Under the pieces are notes generated by a model that was not told the DNA's origin, did not search any database, and saw only the letters and a program-made list of their open reading frames with translations. A stretch of 64,000 nt of DNA from Escherichia phage nieznany. Position numbers and translations under genes: made by a program. Numbering within the stretch: the first letter of the stretch is position 1; every line of letters starts with the position of its first letter. The DNA is taken from the sequence record NC_052659.1. The stretch is one strand, 5' to 3'. Below are positions 8,964-18,878 of the stretch, piece after piece.

Positions 8964-9575
8964 TTATTTAATCTGTTTGAAAATTTCGTTTGGAACGGTA
9001 CCGTTTAAAATACCTTCTACGATCTCCTGTGCAGATGTGTAAGAGAGTCCAAAAGAAGCTACGCCTAAAATTGCCTCCTTCAAAGGATCTGGCAGGGGTT
9101 CAAAATTACCTGCAACAAAGCCACCTGCACAAGCAGCGCCTTCATCATCCCAGAAAACAACTGCTACATCGTTACCATGCGAAGTTGTGCGATGTGCAAT
9201 AACTTCAACTTCGGTGCCTTCTTTAGGAACAGAATAAGAACTGTCCCAAGAATATCTTTCCAAATCAGGAACAAAGATAACCTTTTCACCTACTGGCGGC
9301 AGTTCACAACGATAATACCAAGAATTTTTTTCGTTCATTGTTTTATTTTCCTCCACGTCTTCAAAAGTAACGATCCAATCGTAGCCGTAAGAAAACGGAT
9401 ATTTTAGATCTAAAGAATAAGTTTGACCTAGATCGTCCTCAACAAGAACCATCCTGTCAAAGTTTGCGATGTTAGGATTATGTTTAATGATAGGGTATGT
9501 TTCCCCTACAGTAAATTGTCCCAAATGGTAAAGTTCATCTCTCCAAGTAATTTGGATATGAGTGCATTGAATCAT
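8964..9575 (-). CDS. hypothetical protein
   Basis: 203-aa ORF. Confidence 0.5.
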   Translation of the reverse strand: MIQCTHIQITWRDELYHLGQFTVGETYPIIKHNPNIANFDRMVLVEDDLGQTYSLDLKYPFSYGYDWIVTFEDVEENKTMNEKNSWYYRCELPPVGEKVIFVPDLERYSWDSSYSVPKEGTEVEVIAHRTTSHGNDVAVVFWDDEGAACAGGFVAGNFEPLPDPLKEAILGVASFGLSYTSAQEIVEGILNGTVPNEIFKQIK

Positions 9576-9579
9576 AAAA

Positions 9580-9852
9580 TCACCCCCAAGAAATATTTAT
9601 ATATCTTACAATGTTTGCACTGTCTAAAGCCATGTTTGCACCACACCCACGCTCGCGCCAGTAACTAACAATACCTTCACAGATACTTTCTTGTATCTTC
9701 TTATCACTTGGCATTTCTAGTATAAGACTTGGGTTGTGGATGTTTATGTTATAATATCCTTCCTCTGCGGCTTGAGCTACCAATTTACTTACTTTTTCAA
9801 AGTACGGGGAATTAGTGGCATCTGCCATTGTTTTTAAGGTTTGTCTATCCAT
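9580..9852 (-). CDS. hypothetical protein
   Basis: 90-aa ORF. Confidence 0.45.
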   Translation of the reverse strand: MDRQTLKTMADATNSPYFEKVSKLVAQAAEEGYYNINIHNPSLILEMPSDKKIQESICEGIVSYWRERGCGANMALDSANIVRYINISWG

Positions 9853-10250
9853 TATTCTGCCTCATCATAGAAGAAATCCAACTCTTGTTCCAGTTGTTTA
9901 ACTCGATCCTTAACCCACTGTACACGTTTTTCATTAAACATGCAACGTTTTTCCTTACACTCTTGCTCAAAAGATTTTGCTGTGTTAAATGGGAAAGTTG
10001 TATCTAAGCCAGCGTTTTCAAAACTGGCTAATTGCATACCATAAACAGAATATGCTAAAGAATGATCGGCTCGAAATTCATCACTTATATACATACGTAG
10101 ACCTCGGCATAAGCCAACATCAGCGTAACCACTTTCTCGTGGAAAGAGACGGAGGTGTTCTAACCAATTATTATAGAAATCTAAAAGAATCCTTTTACAC
10201 TTCAAATCAATTGTCATAAAAAGTTTCTCCTTCGTCGAACAAGTTGGCAA
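9852..10250 (-). CDS. hypothetical protein
   Basis: 132-aa ORF, stop/start overlap with neighbours. Confidence 0.5.
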   Translation of the reverse strand: MPTCSTKEKLFMTIDLKCKRILLDFYNNWLEHLRLFPRESGYADVGLCRGLRMYISDEFRADHSLAYSVYGMQLASFENAGLDTTFPFNTAKSFEQECKEKRCMFNEKRVQWVKDRVKQLEQELDFFYDEAE

Positions 10251-10617
10251 GATTGTTCACGGCAATCTGCGTGGAAAGAAGACAACTGTTTGCAGACACA
10301 TAAGCACGAGCTATTTTGTAAACATAGGCTTTCGTATTACAATTGTCCAGGATCGGAAGACTTTCGTCGATAGCATCTATAACACTAAACATCACATCTA
10401 AAACTTTAATGGTGAGTGTTGTATTTGTATCTTCGTAACCTTTTTCAATCCGACCTGAATAGAAAGCATAGTCCTCAACAGTTCGTCGTTTAAACTGCCG
10501 CATAAAATCGGAACCATCTGTAGCAGAATTGAACAAATTTTCAAAAAATACGTCCCATCCGGCAAAAAGGGCTGACAGCATGATTAAGTGATCTACAGAT
10601 TCATTTTCTTGTTTCAT
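10207..10617 (-). CDS. hypothetical protein
   Basis: 136-aa ORF. Confidence 0.5.
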   Translation of the reverse strand: MKQENESVDHLIMLSALFAGWDVFFENLFNSATDGSDFMRQFKRRTVEDYAFYSGRIEKGYEDTNTTLTIKVLDVMFSVIDAIDESLPILDNCNTKAYVYKIARAYVSANSCLLSTQIAVNNLANLFDEGETFYDN

Positions 10618-10625
10618 ATCCTCTC

Positions 10626-11303
10626 CTATTTAATGTTAAGTCTGGCACACAAACGAGAAACAGTTTTAGCATCCCATTTACCACCACGTGCTGTTGCTAT
10701 TTTCTTACTATTGAATTTTTCAGCAATAGTTTTGTAAGGTGTATTTAAATCTCTAAGGATCTCCAAGCGTTCACGGAATGTCTCTGCAAAAGCGTCTGCT
10801 TTAACAGAGTTGTATTCCATTTTTCCTTTTCTACGTGCAGCGGCAGTTTTAGGATTAGCACTACCTAATAAAACACCTTTACTTTTTGCTACAGCAAGAC
10901 CCTTTTTAATGCGATCAGCAATGCCTCTAACTTCTTGTTCAGCCAGAACAGATAGAAGTTGTATAACCATTTTATCTGCGTCTGGCATGATGGCTATCTT
11001 AACATCGATCATTTCTAGAAGAGTTGCTACGGAGGCGTTGTTACGACCCAAGCGGTCAACTTTAGCTACCAATAAAGTTGCTCCGGTAGCTTTACACATT
11101 TCAACCGCTTTAACCAGTTCCTTACGTTGCTTCCAATCGCCCTTACCCGAATAGTATTCAGAAAATTGACCAATAACTTCAGCATCAGGCACAGAGTCTA
11201 AGAAGTAACGGATATCGTTCTCTTGGCTCTCCATACCATATTGTGCCTCACCTTTTTTCTGTTTAGAAAGACGACTGTAAACAACAAACTTTTTCATAAC
11301 CAC
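10626..11303 (-). CDS. serine recombinase (resolvase/invertase family)
   Basis: N-terminal VVYSRLSKQ (catalytic Ser region), LLVAKVDRLGRN and LAEQEVRGIADRIKKGLAVAKSKG match resolvase/invertase conserved blocks; C-terminal HTH-like tail. Confidence 0.65.
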   Translation of the reverse strand: MVMKKFVVYSRLSKQKKGEAQYGMESQENDIRYFLDSVPDAEVIGQFSEYYSGKGDWKQRKELVKAVEMCKATGATLLVAKVDRLGRNNASVATLLEMIDVKIAIMPDADKMVIQLLSVLAEQEVRGIADRIKKGLAVAKSKGVLLGSANPKTAAARRKGKMEYNSVKADAFAETFRERLEILRDLNTPYKTIAEKFNSKKIATARGGKWDAKTVSRLCARLNIK

Positions 11304-11367
11304 TCCTAAACCATTGCTGTATTCTCACTTTACAAAACGAATAAACACTTGTCAAGGTATTTATTAT

Positions 11368-11580
11368 TTACAGCCATTCTACTCTTAAGCAGTATTCCTC
11401 GACATGTTGTTTACGCTTGTTTTTATCTATGTAAGTGTATTCAACAAATGTTCCAAGATAGTCCTTGTCTACATTGTGTGGGCTATTGATTGGACATTTA
11501 GTACGACAAACCCGTTGCCACTGACGAAGAATTACGGCTTTGTTTTTAGGATCAAAGGGATGAGGGTAATGTACCTTCAT
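11368..11580 (-). CDS. hypothetical protein
   Basis: 70-aa ORF. Confidence 0.4.
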   Translation of the reverse strand: MKVHYPHPFDPKNKAVILRQWQRVCRTKCPINSPHNVDKDYLGTFVEYTYIDKNKRKQHVEEYCLRVEWL

Positions 11581-11904
11581 TCACGCCTCCTGTTTTAGTC
11601 GAAAAATATTTTGAATAACTAGAGATGTATAGTTATCACTTAGTCCCATAAGTTCTACTTCCAAGTTTCGAATATCTTCTACTGTAGGAGGATATGTTGG
11701 TAAAAATGCTTGAGCATTACCAGATCCAACCTCATTGCTGTAAGCAGTTGTAAAATTGTAAGATACAAAACATGAAACACCTTTTTGTCGGTACCCGATT
11801 AATCGACGAATACACCAGATAAGAGCCAAACCTATGAGAACACCTCCTAAACCAGCTAACAAGAAGGATAAGTTCATAATAGCTTCGTTAACAACTGCTT
11901 GCAT
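11581..11904 (-). CDS. membrane protein
   Basis: 107 aa with hydrophobic helix LLAGLGGVLIGLALIWCI. Confidence 0.45.
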   Translation of the reverse strand: MQAVVNEAIMNLSFLLAGLGGVLIGLALIWCIRRLIGYRQKGVSCFVSYNFTTAYSNEVGSGNAQAFLPTYPPTVEDIRNLEVELMGLSDNYTSLVIQNIFRLKQEA

Positions 11905-11914
11905 TCTTTTCTCC

Positions 11915-12214
11915 TTAGTTATGTAAACCCAAATGTGCTACAACTTCTCTACGATAAGATAACTGCATAGCAATTTTATAGCCAGGATGAAAACCATTTA
12001 CATCAATGTCATCAAACCAAACCTCAAACGAACCGTGCTTAAGAGTCATTAAGTTGATATACCATTCGATAATATAATGATCGTCAGCAATACCTTCGAT
12101 GTAAAATTCTCGGCAACAGTGAGATAGGTCTTCACTTGTTTCACGTTTCCAGTCCTTGATAGCACCTTTCTCTTTGGCTTCATTCAAAATTTTGATCAGG
12201 TCTTCAACTTGCAT
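11915..12214 (-). CDS. hypothetical protein
   Basis: 99-aa ORF. Confidence 0.45.
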   Translation of the reverse strand: MQVEDLIKILNEAKEKGAIKDWKRETSEDLSHCCREFYIEGIADDHYIIEWYINLMTLKHGSFEVWFDDIDVNGFHPGYKIAMQLSYRREVVAHLGLHN

Positions 12215-12267
12215 ATCTATCTCCTTTGTGGTTAATCTTTATATTTTAAATATTGTACCGTCTTCTA

Positions 12268-12681
12268 TCAAATAGCCTCTTTCTCTAAAACAACTCTTTG
12301 GATCACAACATCTTCAATGTTTGCCAAACAATGACCCAAAGTCAATCCTGCCTTGAAAGGTGCTTGTAGTTTGGACTCGGCTTCTACGCGAATAGAATGT
12401 TCCGCTCCACACATCGTGTAATCTACACGGTAAACGTTTAAACCTAAGAACATAGATTCTTCTTCCTCACAACAAGGATTGAGTTCAGCCCATTCCCAAG
12501 CATCTCCTTCTAAAGCAAATGGAGTGTTGTAATTGAAGAAAGTGCAGCGCGGATACTCCCCGTTGAAAGAATCTTTCAACAAGATATATTTCTTACCGTT
12601 TGCGTGGAAGAGTTCTCCTTTGATAACCTTGCCTACAAGGATATCACTGTTAGTAGAACGGGTGCAGATAAACTTTTTCAT
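12268..12681 (-). CDS. hypothetical protein
   Basis: 137-aa ORF with RBS. Confidence 0.5.
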   Translation of the reverse strand: MKKFICTRSTNSDILVGKVIKGELFHANGKKYILLKDSFNGEYPRCTFFNYNTPFALEGDAWEWAELNPCCEEEESMFLGLNVYRVDYTMCGAEHSIRVEAESKLQAPFKAGLTLGHCLANIEDVVIQRVVLEKEAI

Positions 12682-12743
12682 GATTTTCTCCTCTTTGTTT
12701 TGATGAGATGATTATGACAAAGACAGATCCTTCTGTCAACGAT

Positions 12744-12983
12744 TTATTTCCACTCGCCTTGATGTTCTTTGATCTCGTAAGAGTAGTATTCGAACATGCT
12801 CATACAAACCACACCTGCCATTTCTAAACAAAGAGGTTTGTCATTATAGAAGGCACTTACTGCTCTTCCTGCTTTATGTGCTGCTTCTTCGGAATCACAA
12901 CCGCAAACGTTATGCACCCAAGGATCAGGGCCATCATATTTAAGACGTACAATCCACATGATCATTCTTCCATCTCGAACCAT
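12744..12983 (-). CDS. hypothetical protein
   Basis: 79-aa ORF. Confidence 0.4.
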   Translation of the reverse strand: MVRDGRMIMWIVRLKYDGPDPWVHNVCGCDSEEAAHKAGRAVSAFYNDKPLCLEMAGVVCMSMFEYYSYEIKEHQGEWK

Positions 12984-13189
12984 TCAGGGAACACTTTGTG
13001 GAAGACACGTGTTGTTTCTAAGAGAAATTCCAACTCTTTTTCCAAATCTGCGTTCCAACCGTTTATTTTAACACGGATTGCCAATGCACTTGCACGGCGA
13101 CTCAATTCTTGACAGATTGGATCACGCAGAACTATTGAGTCATAAAACTGACAAACAGCCTCAAGTTCATACCAGTTATAATCCGACAT
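12962..13189 (-). CDS. hypothetical protein
   Basis: 75-aa ORF. Confidence 0.4.
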   Translation of the reverse strand: MSDYNWYELEAVCQFYDSIVLRDPICQELSRRASALAIRVKINGWNADLEKELEFLLETTRVFHKVFPEWFEMEE

Positions 13190-13515
13190 TATTCATCCTC
13201 CTCTGCAATACGATCTCTTACCCAATTAATCCTGTCCACGTTCAGGTGACATACCTTTGCATCTGATTCTAAGACATATGCATCGTAGTTCTCATTGAAA
13301 GGGAGTTCTTGACTCAACCCTTTGTGGTAAAACTGTGCGTGCATTTCATCTGACAAGGTTGTTATAATGGGGTTGTAATTACCTCTGTGCACATAATCGA
13401 ACAAGTTGGCACACAAACCACAATCCCGCCGAAAAGGTTTACCATCAGGAGCACCAACATCAATCCATGCTAGATAAATTTTATAAAACTCCATCAAATC
13501 TTTACTTGTTTTCAT
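13189..13515 (-). CDS. hypothetical protein
   Basis: 108-aa ORF. Confidence 0.45.
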   Translation of the reverse strand: MKTSKDLMEFYKIYLAWIDVGAPDGKPFRRDCGLCANLFDYVHRGNYNPIITTLSDEMHAQFYHKGLSQELPFNENYDAYVLESDAKVCHLNVDRINWVRDRIAEEDE

Positions 13516-13859
13516 TATTTTACCTCGATCACGTTGATAAATACATCTTCACGACAATCTTTATCGTCCCCGTAGATTTGACCTAATCGTACACATGCGT
13601 TAAAGGCGGATTTTGCGGGAATTTGATATTTACGGACAGGACCATTGTCTTTTGTGTAGGAAACCTCAAAGAGACGAATAGTGTCATCCTCAATTACATG
13701 AAACCGACCACAATCCATAATCAAAGAGATACACAGGGTATCCCCTTCTTCGTCTGTAATATAAAACAAACCTGGATTATCTATAACTTGGGAAGCTAGA
13801 TACTGCTTACCCTCTTTAAGGAACTCGACAGAAGACTCTGCACATAAAAGTTTAATCAT
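13515..13859 (-). CDS. hypothetical protein
   Basis: 114-aa ORF. Confidence 0.45.
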   Translation of the reverse strand: MIKLLCAESSVEFLKEGKQYLASQVIDNPGLFYITDEEGDTLCISLIMDCGRFHVIEDDTIRLFEVSYTKDNGPVRKYQIPAKSAFNACVRLGQIYGDDKDCREDVFINVIEVK

Positions 13860-13920
13860 TTTTCTCTCCTTATCTGTGTTGATAATGTATGTATACCATA
13901 CATAAAAGAAATGTCAAAGT

Positions 13921-14121
13921 TTATCGACACAGATAGTTGTAACGATCCGCTTTATCCTCTGCTTCAGCAAAGTCAGCAATCAAGGAAGTTTTGAGTTCTT
14001 CCAACTCTTTCACCCAAGAGTCGTAATCGTTCTGTGTTTCTCCAATAGTTTGGAGAAAACAATCGTCGTAGCCAATAGACATGGCTAACTCGATAATACG
14101 TTCCAGTTTTTCTTCCATCAC
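13921..14121 (-). CDS. hypothetical protein
   Basis: 66-aa ORF. Confidence 0.4.
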   Translation of the reverse strand: MMEEKLERIIELAMSIGYDDCFLQTIGETQNDYDSWVKELEELKTSLIADFAEAEDKADRYNYLCR

Positions 14122-14480
14122 TTCTCTCCTTCTACAGACTTCTGTTTAACATAAAAGTAAGCACCACGAGCAAGATACAAATCATGTTCAATATCGCTCA
14201 CAGGAAAACCATCTGGATTTTTAAAACCGTCTTCTACAGCCAAAATGAGAGATCGTAAACTGATAGCTAACAACTCCATTTGATCTTGTAGTTTTCTATT
14301 TTCTGCATAAAGGTTTTTGCATTTTTGTTCTGCATTTTTCCATTGTTCTAATGCATGATCATAGTTTCGCATAAGGATAGCTTTTTCTTGTTCACGTTTA
14401 AAAGTTTCTTCACAAATGAAACCTGTGCCTAAACCAGTTTCTTCATCTTTGACAAACACTTCAACAAAATCTTTAGACAT
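14118..14480 (-). CDS. hypothetical coiled-coil protein
   Basis: Start moved to ATG at 14480 (AGGAGATAAT RBS), abutting the stop of upstream gene. Confidence 0.45.
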   Translation of the reverse strand: MSKDFVEVFVKDEETGLGTGFICEETFKREQEKAILMRNYDHALEQWKNAEQKCKNLYAENRKLQDQMELLAISLRSLILAVEDGFKNPDGFPVSDIEHDLYLARGAYFYVKQKSVEGEK

Positions 14481-14481
14481 A

Positions 14482-14745
14482 TTATCTCCTATTTGCTTTT
14501 GGATACTCCCAACCTTCTGGGAGATCTTCTTTACACATCCACTCAAAAGGCCAGCGACAATAACTATGCCACTTTCCATCGAGATATAAGCAATCTTCAT
14601 CCACTGGTCCACAAGGATTGATAACTACAACACACCCTTTTGCTCGCCAATATTGAACTATTTCGGGGTAAAAACAAGAAACGTCGGTCCACTCCCAGAT
14701 ACGTTCATCATTCAAACGATATGCTGCTGGCAATGTTTCTTCCAT
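14482..14745 (-). CDS. hypothetical protein
   Basis: 87-aa ORF. Confidence 0.45.
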   Translation of the reverse strand: MEETLPAAYRLNDERIWEWTDVSCFYPEIVQYWRAKGCVVVINPCGPVDEDCLYLDGKWHSYCRWPFEWMCKEDLPEGWEYPKANRR

Positions 14746-14749
14746 ATTA

Positions 14750-15196
14750 TTAAACCTCTGTCAAAGAGAAACGCCAATCCTTACTACTACCTACACCAAG
14801 GAAGATATAGTCTCCGGTACTAACGGAATATCCCCCAGCGGGAATCCAATCAGGAATCTCTGGCTTATGGCTGTAGCCATAACGCTCGCCACTCGAATCT
14901 GTTGCAATATAATTAACAAATTCAGGAACCTCTAAAGTTTCACCTTGATACTCTACACGCTTGAAGCCATCTTCCACTTCTTTCTCACCTTCTACCAGAG
15001 AAGCAAGAAGTTTGATGTGAGGGCAAGTGAAATCTTGTCCTGGATAACGTGAACGGATATCAGTTAACAATGCGATCACAGCATCAGATAACTCTTTATA
15101 ATCCTCATATCTTACAAATGTGCCTTCTGTCGGATCATCAGGACACAAACGCCAAACATCATTGCAGTTTACAGCATAATGTCGCACTTTAGTCAT
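14750..15196 (-). CDS. hypothetical protein
   Basis: 148-aa ORF. Confidence 0.5.
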   Translation of the reverse strand: MTKVRHYAVNCNDVWRLCPDDPTEGTFVRYEDYKELSDAVIALLTDIRSRYPGQDFTCPHIKLLASLVEGEKEVEDGFKRVEYQGETLEVPEFVNYIATDSSGERYGYSHKPEIPDWIPAGGYSVSTGDYIFLGVGSSKDWRFSLTEV

Positions 15197-15206
15197 AAAT
15201 ACCCCC

Positions 15207-15605
15207 TTATCGTTGCGTACAATCAGCTTCTAGAGTAAGAACATTCGTTATTGTTTTATCATTTTTTAGAAATGCAAACCAAGCTAAAGTGTCCCGATAT
15301 TCTGTGCGTAGCATAACCACTTCAGTAGTGCCAATAAATTGTTGTGAACCGTACATAGCACTACCATCTTTACTTTTTTCTCCTGTGTATTGCAGAATGC
15401 CACTCATCAAAGCACCACCTGAATTTTTAAGGATAAAGGAGTTATCTTTATTAATGACAACAGAAGCCATTTTCTTAGGACCAGAAATCACTTCACCTTT
15501 CAGATTTTTAACAACCACATCTGACACACACTCATAAACTTGAGACGCATTTGCTGTTCCAAGTGATGCAATGAGTAACAAGAAACCTACGATGATCTTT
15601 TTCAT
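15207..15605 (-). CDS. secreted protein with N-terminal signal peptide
   Basis: MKKIIVGFLLLIASLGTANA signal-peptide-like N-terminus. Confidence 0.5.
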   Translation of the reverse strand: MKKIIVGFLLLIASLGTANASQVYECVSDVVVKNLKGEVISGPKKMASVVINKDNSFILKNSGGALMSGILQYTGEKSKDGSAMYGSQQFIGTTEVVMLRTEYRDTLAWFAFLKNDKTITNVLTLEADCTQR

Positions 15606-15701
15606 ATAAACTCTCCTCTTTGTTTACCCGATGCGCCCCCTGTTGGGCAGAAAGGGTTGTACGCAAAATTTTTAGCTCCAATCGTCGGGTGTCCCGACTC
15701 C

Positions 15702-15908
15702 TTACGCTTTTAATGTTTTAACAGAATGACAAGCTTTGCAAACAATAACCGGAACAAGTTCATCTCCATTATCCGCATAAATCACTGTTTTCTTCATTCT
15801 GCCACCGCATGAACAATACTCTGTATGATCCGCAGGAATATTAAATATTCCGTAATCACTTTCATACTGTTTCTTACATATGGACACTGCTTTCGTAAAA
15901 CAAGACAT
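15702..15908 (-). CDS. small Cys-rich zinc-ribbon-like protein
   Basis: CSCGG ... CKAC motifs in 68 aa. Confidence 0.4.
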   Translation of the reverse strand: MSCFTKAVSICKKQYESDYGIFNIPADHTEYCSCGGRMKKTVIYADNGDELVPVIVCKACHSVKTLKA

Positions 15909-15910
15909 GC

Positions 15911-16132
15911 CTACTCCGCAAGAACCTTCACTTCGTCAGAGAAGAATACGTAATCACAACCTTCCCAAACATCTTCTTCAAACCACTCCCATCCCTCGAC
16001 TTTGGACATTTCTTCTATCGTAACAAAGAATGTTGTCATATCCTCACTAACAAGATGTGCTTCAACAACAAAAGGAATCTGAACATTCTCAAAACCAACA
16101 TAACCCAATACATCACAAACTCTAATTTTCAT
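15911..16132 (-). CDS. hypothetical protein
   Basis: 73-aa acidic ORF. Confidence 0.4.
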   Translation of the reverse strand: MKIRVCDVLGYVGFENVQIPFVVEAHLVSEDMTTFFVTIEEMSKVEGWEWFEEDVWEGCDYVFFSDEVKVLAE

Positions 16133-17771
16133 ATTATGCTCCTTTGTAGATTATGTTGGTGCGTTCACACTCTGCCACCAGCAAGCCAAGCTTTGTAAAA
16201 CTTCATTAGACGTAAGCTACTCAACGGAACATTTTTACTCTCTTGCATGATAATCTCCTCTCATCGTTAGCCATCTTTCATGGCAATCATCAATCACCAA
16301 CATCATACGATCAATCTTAGGGAATTACAATCGAATTATCATAGGGGATTCCTATCAATTATCCCCTATATACCGATTATTTTTGACACCCCACTCTTGT
16401 ATAAAAAGTAACCCAAAATATCTACGGGGAGAGATTATTTCGGGACACCCTGTTTCATGGCAATCATGGCAAGAATATCTAATAGAATCAATATCATATG
16501 GCAAAAATCATGGCGCATACGTAAGAAGTGCTTAACGCGAATTTTCGGGCCGTCAGGTCCACGCAGCGACAATTCCCAAATATCATGCGAATGAGAATAA
16601 TTATCATTCGTATTCAATGACTTATGCAAAGCTCATGCCAACGTAGCGACAAGGTGGGCCACTTGATTATAAATCACACAAACACTTATTTATCAATGGT
16701 TTGGCAACCTCATCATATGACGGAACAATGTCAACTAATCCCGCTCATGACAAGCAGACTATTATTTATATGAGAATGATTATTATTTAAACGTTTATTA
16801 ATATAAAAACTAGAATAAATCAAGATTATTCTGATTTTATTTACGTTTAAGAGAAGGTGCTCAACATATCGCGTAGCGATAGTATTCGCCCCCCAAAAGA
16901 TTAGCCTTTATTTTCTTGTATGTTTATACACTATGTGCACACTATGCAACCTGTCGCTATTCGCTCATGTTGCTACGTGCAATTATTCATCTTGCTAATG
17001 ATGATCACACTGAACGATAGTGATAACTCTTGTAATTACCACAATGATTATTGTTATTGCGCTAATGTTATGATCTTGGTAATTACATATAATGCTAATA
17101 ATAAGCCAGCGCAATAAGTGTAAGCGTCATTACGCTTGCAATTATTGCAAGCTACGCAGTAACAAGAAATAACCGTCACCGATGGTTATGATTGTTGGGG
17201 TGTAGTTGGCTTATTATTAGCTCGCTATGTGTCCGGCATAGCGTGCTAATGATGACTCTGTGAATGATTAGTTTTGTAATGATTTCATTCAGGCACTATT
17301 TTGCTAATAGTTATTATTTTAATGGTTTCGTTTGTTATTGTTCGTTAGTTGGTTGTTTTGTCATGTTATCGTTATTTTGCTTAGTATTCATCATGGTTTG
17401 ATTGTTTGTCGTTATCAATCATCTTGCTATTATTCCTTTGATTATGATTAGTTTGCTTATTGTTTTATGTTGTTTGTTGGTTAGTTGTTGCGAACTATTA
17501 TCAACATTATAGTTATGCACTTATATTGCATAGATAAACATGGATAGATGATAATGGTTATCATTGCACCAGAAAGGAGGTAAAAGGGTGTTTTTGATGG
17601 TTTGTTGTTGGTTGTTGATCGATTTTAACCGCTTTAAATGGCTCTCTAACAGCCTGTAACCCTGGGATGTATGGTTATTCGTTTGCTGGTTGATTAGCTC
17701 GATACCACGATTTATTCAGTTTTGTTCTGTGTCGGTTTTTCATAGGCGAAAGCTATCAACATTGTTCGGGC
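16133..17771. other. 1.6-kb gene-free region with repeated motifs and strong GT skew (17220-17700); candidate origin or non-coding locus
   Basis: No credible ORF; repeated CATGGCAATCAT and GTAGCGAC-type motifs; G+T-rich plus strand. Confidence 0.5.
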
Positions 17772-17808
17772 AAAAAGAAAGGGCGCTTGGTGCGCCCCTT
17801 GTTTTGTT
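17772..17808 (-). terminator. rho-independent terminator ending the leftward small-gene array (bidirectional shape)
   Basis: GGGCGCTTGGTGCGCCC hairpin flanked by A-run and T-run; same element recurs at 20124-20156. Confidence 0.55.
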
Positions 17809-17813
17809 GTCGA

Positions 17814-18047
17814 TTATAACGCTTCATAGATTGAGTAGATCCGGTTTGCCAGGTCATTACGAAAGCGGAATTTTTCATCACGTTTGATCATCAGATCCTT
17901 AAAACCATATTCTTTCAATGCTTCATTAACTTTATGGCGGCAAACGTTCATATTATCCTGCGCGTCACCAATAAACTTATTACTGTGATGCATTGCTTTG
18001 ATCTCTTCCTCTAATACCAGGGCAACTACTGCGATCATCTTTTTCAT
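17814..18047 (-). CDS. small protein
   Basis: 77-aa ORF; GGAAGAGGA RBS; GC hairpin in 5' leader. Confidence 0.45.
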   Translation of the reverse strand: MKKMIAVVALVLEEEIKAMHHSNKFIGDAQDNMNVCRHKVNEALKEYGFKDLMIKRDEKFRFRNDLANRIYSIYEAL

Positions 18048-18101
18048 GCGTCTATCCTCTTCCTATTGCGTTTAATGGGGCGTTACCGCCCCGCTTATGG
18101 T

Positions 18102-18338
18102 TTATTGATTGATGTTATGATGAAAGTTATTTTCTTCAATAGCTTTTAAAATAAAAGCCGTGATCGCTTTCGTGTCTACTTGTTCGAACGTATCAGAATA
18201 AGCCCAATAATAATCATCCCCTACTTTCGGCGGGTAAACCTGGACAAGGAGATCGCCACCTGGTTGATCTATAAGCTCAACATGCAAGCCGGATGATTCA
18301 GCGGTTTTAACGGCGTTTAATACTGTTGCAATACTCAT
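18102..18338 (-). CDS. small protein
   Basis: 78-aa ORF; GAAAGGAAAAG RBS; GC hairpin in leader. Confidence 0.45.
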   Translation of the reverse strand: MSIATVLNAVKTAESSGLHVELIDQPGGDLLVQVYPPKVGDDYYWAYSDTFEQVDTKAITAFILKAIEENNFHHNINQ

Positions 18339-18382
18339 AATCTTTTCCTTTCTGATGTGGGGCGTTGCCGCCCCTTTGTTGA

Positions 18383-18682
18383 TTAGATCGCTGTTTCCAG
18401 TAGTTCGGCTAACGTCTTACCGCCTGATAGTTGGTCTAACGTTTGCTCTTCTGGCAAGAAATTAGCTGATATTAAACCGACTTGATTCCCTTTGTGCCAG
18501 TTAGCCTGGCGGATGATTCCATCCTTTAAGGATTTTACCGCCATTGTGCAACCGTCGCCAAATGATTCATTTTTATGGTCCATCACTTCATAAGCGCCCA
18601 GTTTGCTGCTGTTAGGCACCATTAACGCGAACACATCACCAACAACCAGTTTTTCTACGGTAACAATAGCGATAGTTTCCAT
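18383..18682 (-). CDS. small protein
   Basis: 99-aa ORF downstream of promoter-hairpin module. Confidence 0.45.
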   Translation of the reverse strand: METIAIVTVEKLVVGDVFALMVPNSSKLGAYEVMDHKNESFGDGCTMAVKSLKDGIIRQANWHKGNQVGLISANFLPEEQTLDQLSGGKTLAELLETAI

Positions 18683-18700
18683 TTTATTTTCCTCATTATC

Positions 18701-18757
18701 GGCGGCACCATTGCCGCCCTACAAGATACATATTACCAGACTAAGCCGACTTGTCAA
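18701..18757 (-). promoter_or_regulatory. promoter (TTGACA..TAATAT) plus 5' leader stem-loop GGCGGCA-CCAT-TGCCGCC
   Basis: -35 complement at 18752-18757, -10 complement at 18730-18735, hairpin 18701-18718, then RBS. Confidence 0.5.
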
Positions 18758-18758
18758 A

Positions 18759-18869
18759 CTATTTTTTCTTTTTCTTTGCTTCCAACCGTCTAAGGTTACG
18801 GCTGGACTTATTACGCAAGGCGCTCAGATCGTCGTACCCTTTCCATGCTTGCATATCTTTCGGATTCAT
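18759..18869 (-). CDS. micro-protein (36 aa, basic C-terminus)
   Basis: ATG preceded by AAGGGGG; below ORF-track length cutoff. Confidence 0.3.
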   Translation of the reverse strand: MNPKDMQAWKGYDDLSALRNKSSRNLRRLEAKKKKK

Positions 18870-18878
18870 GTTACCCCC

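Noticed and set aside
16435-17117. ORFs 16435..16629 (-) and 16920..17117 (+) inside the gene-free region
   Set aside because: No RBS, odd composition, and they sit within repeat-rich non-coding DNA; treated as chance ORFs.
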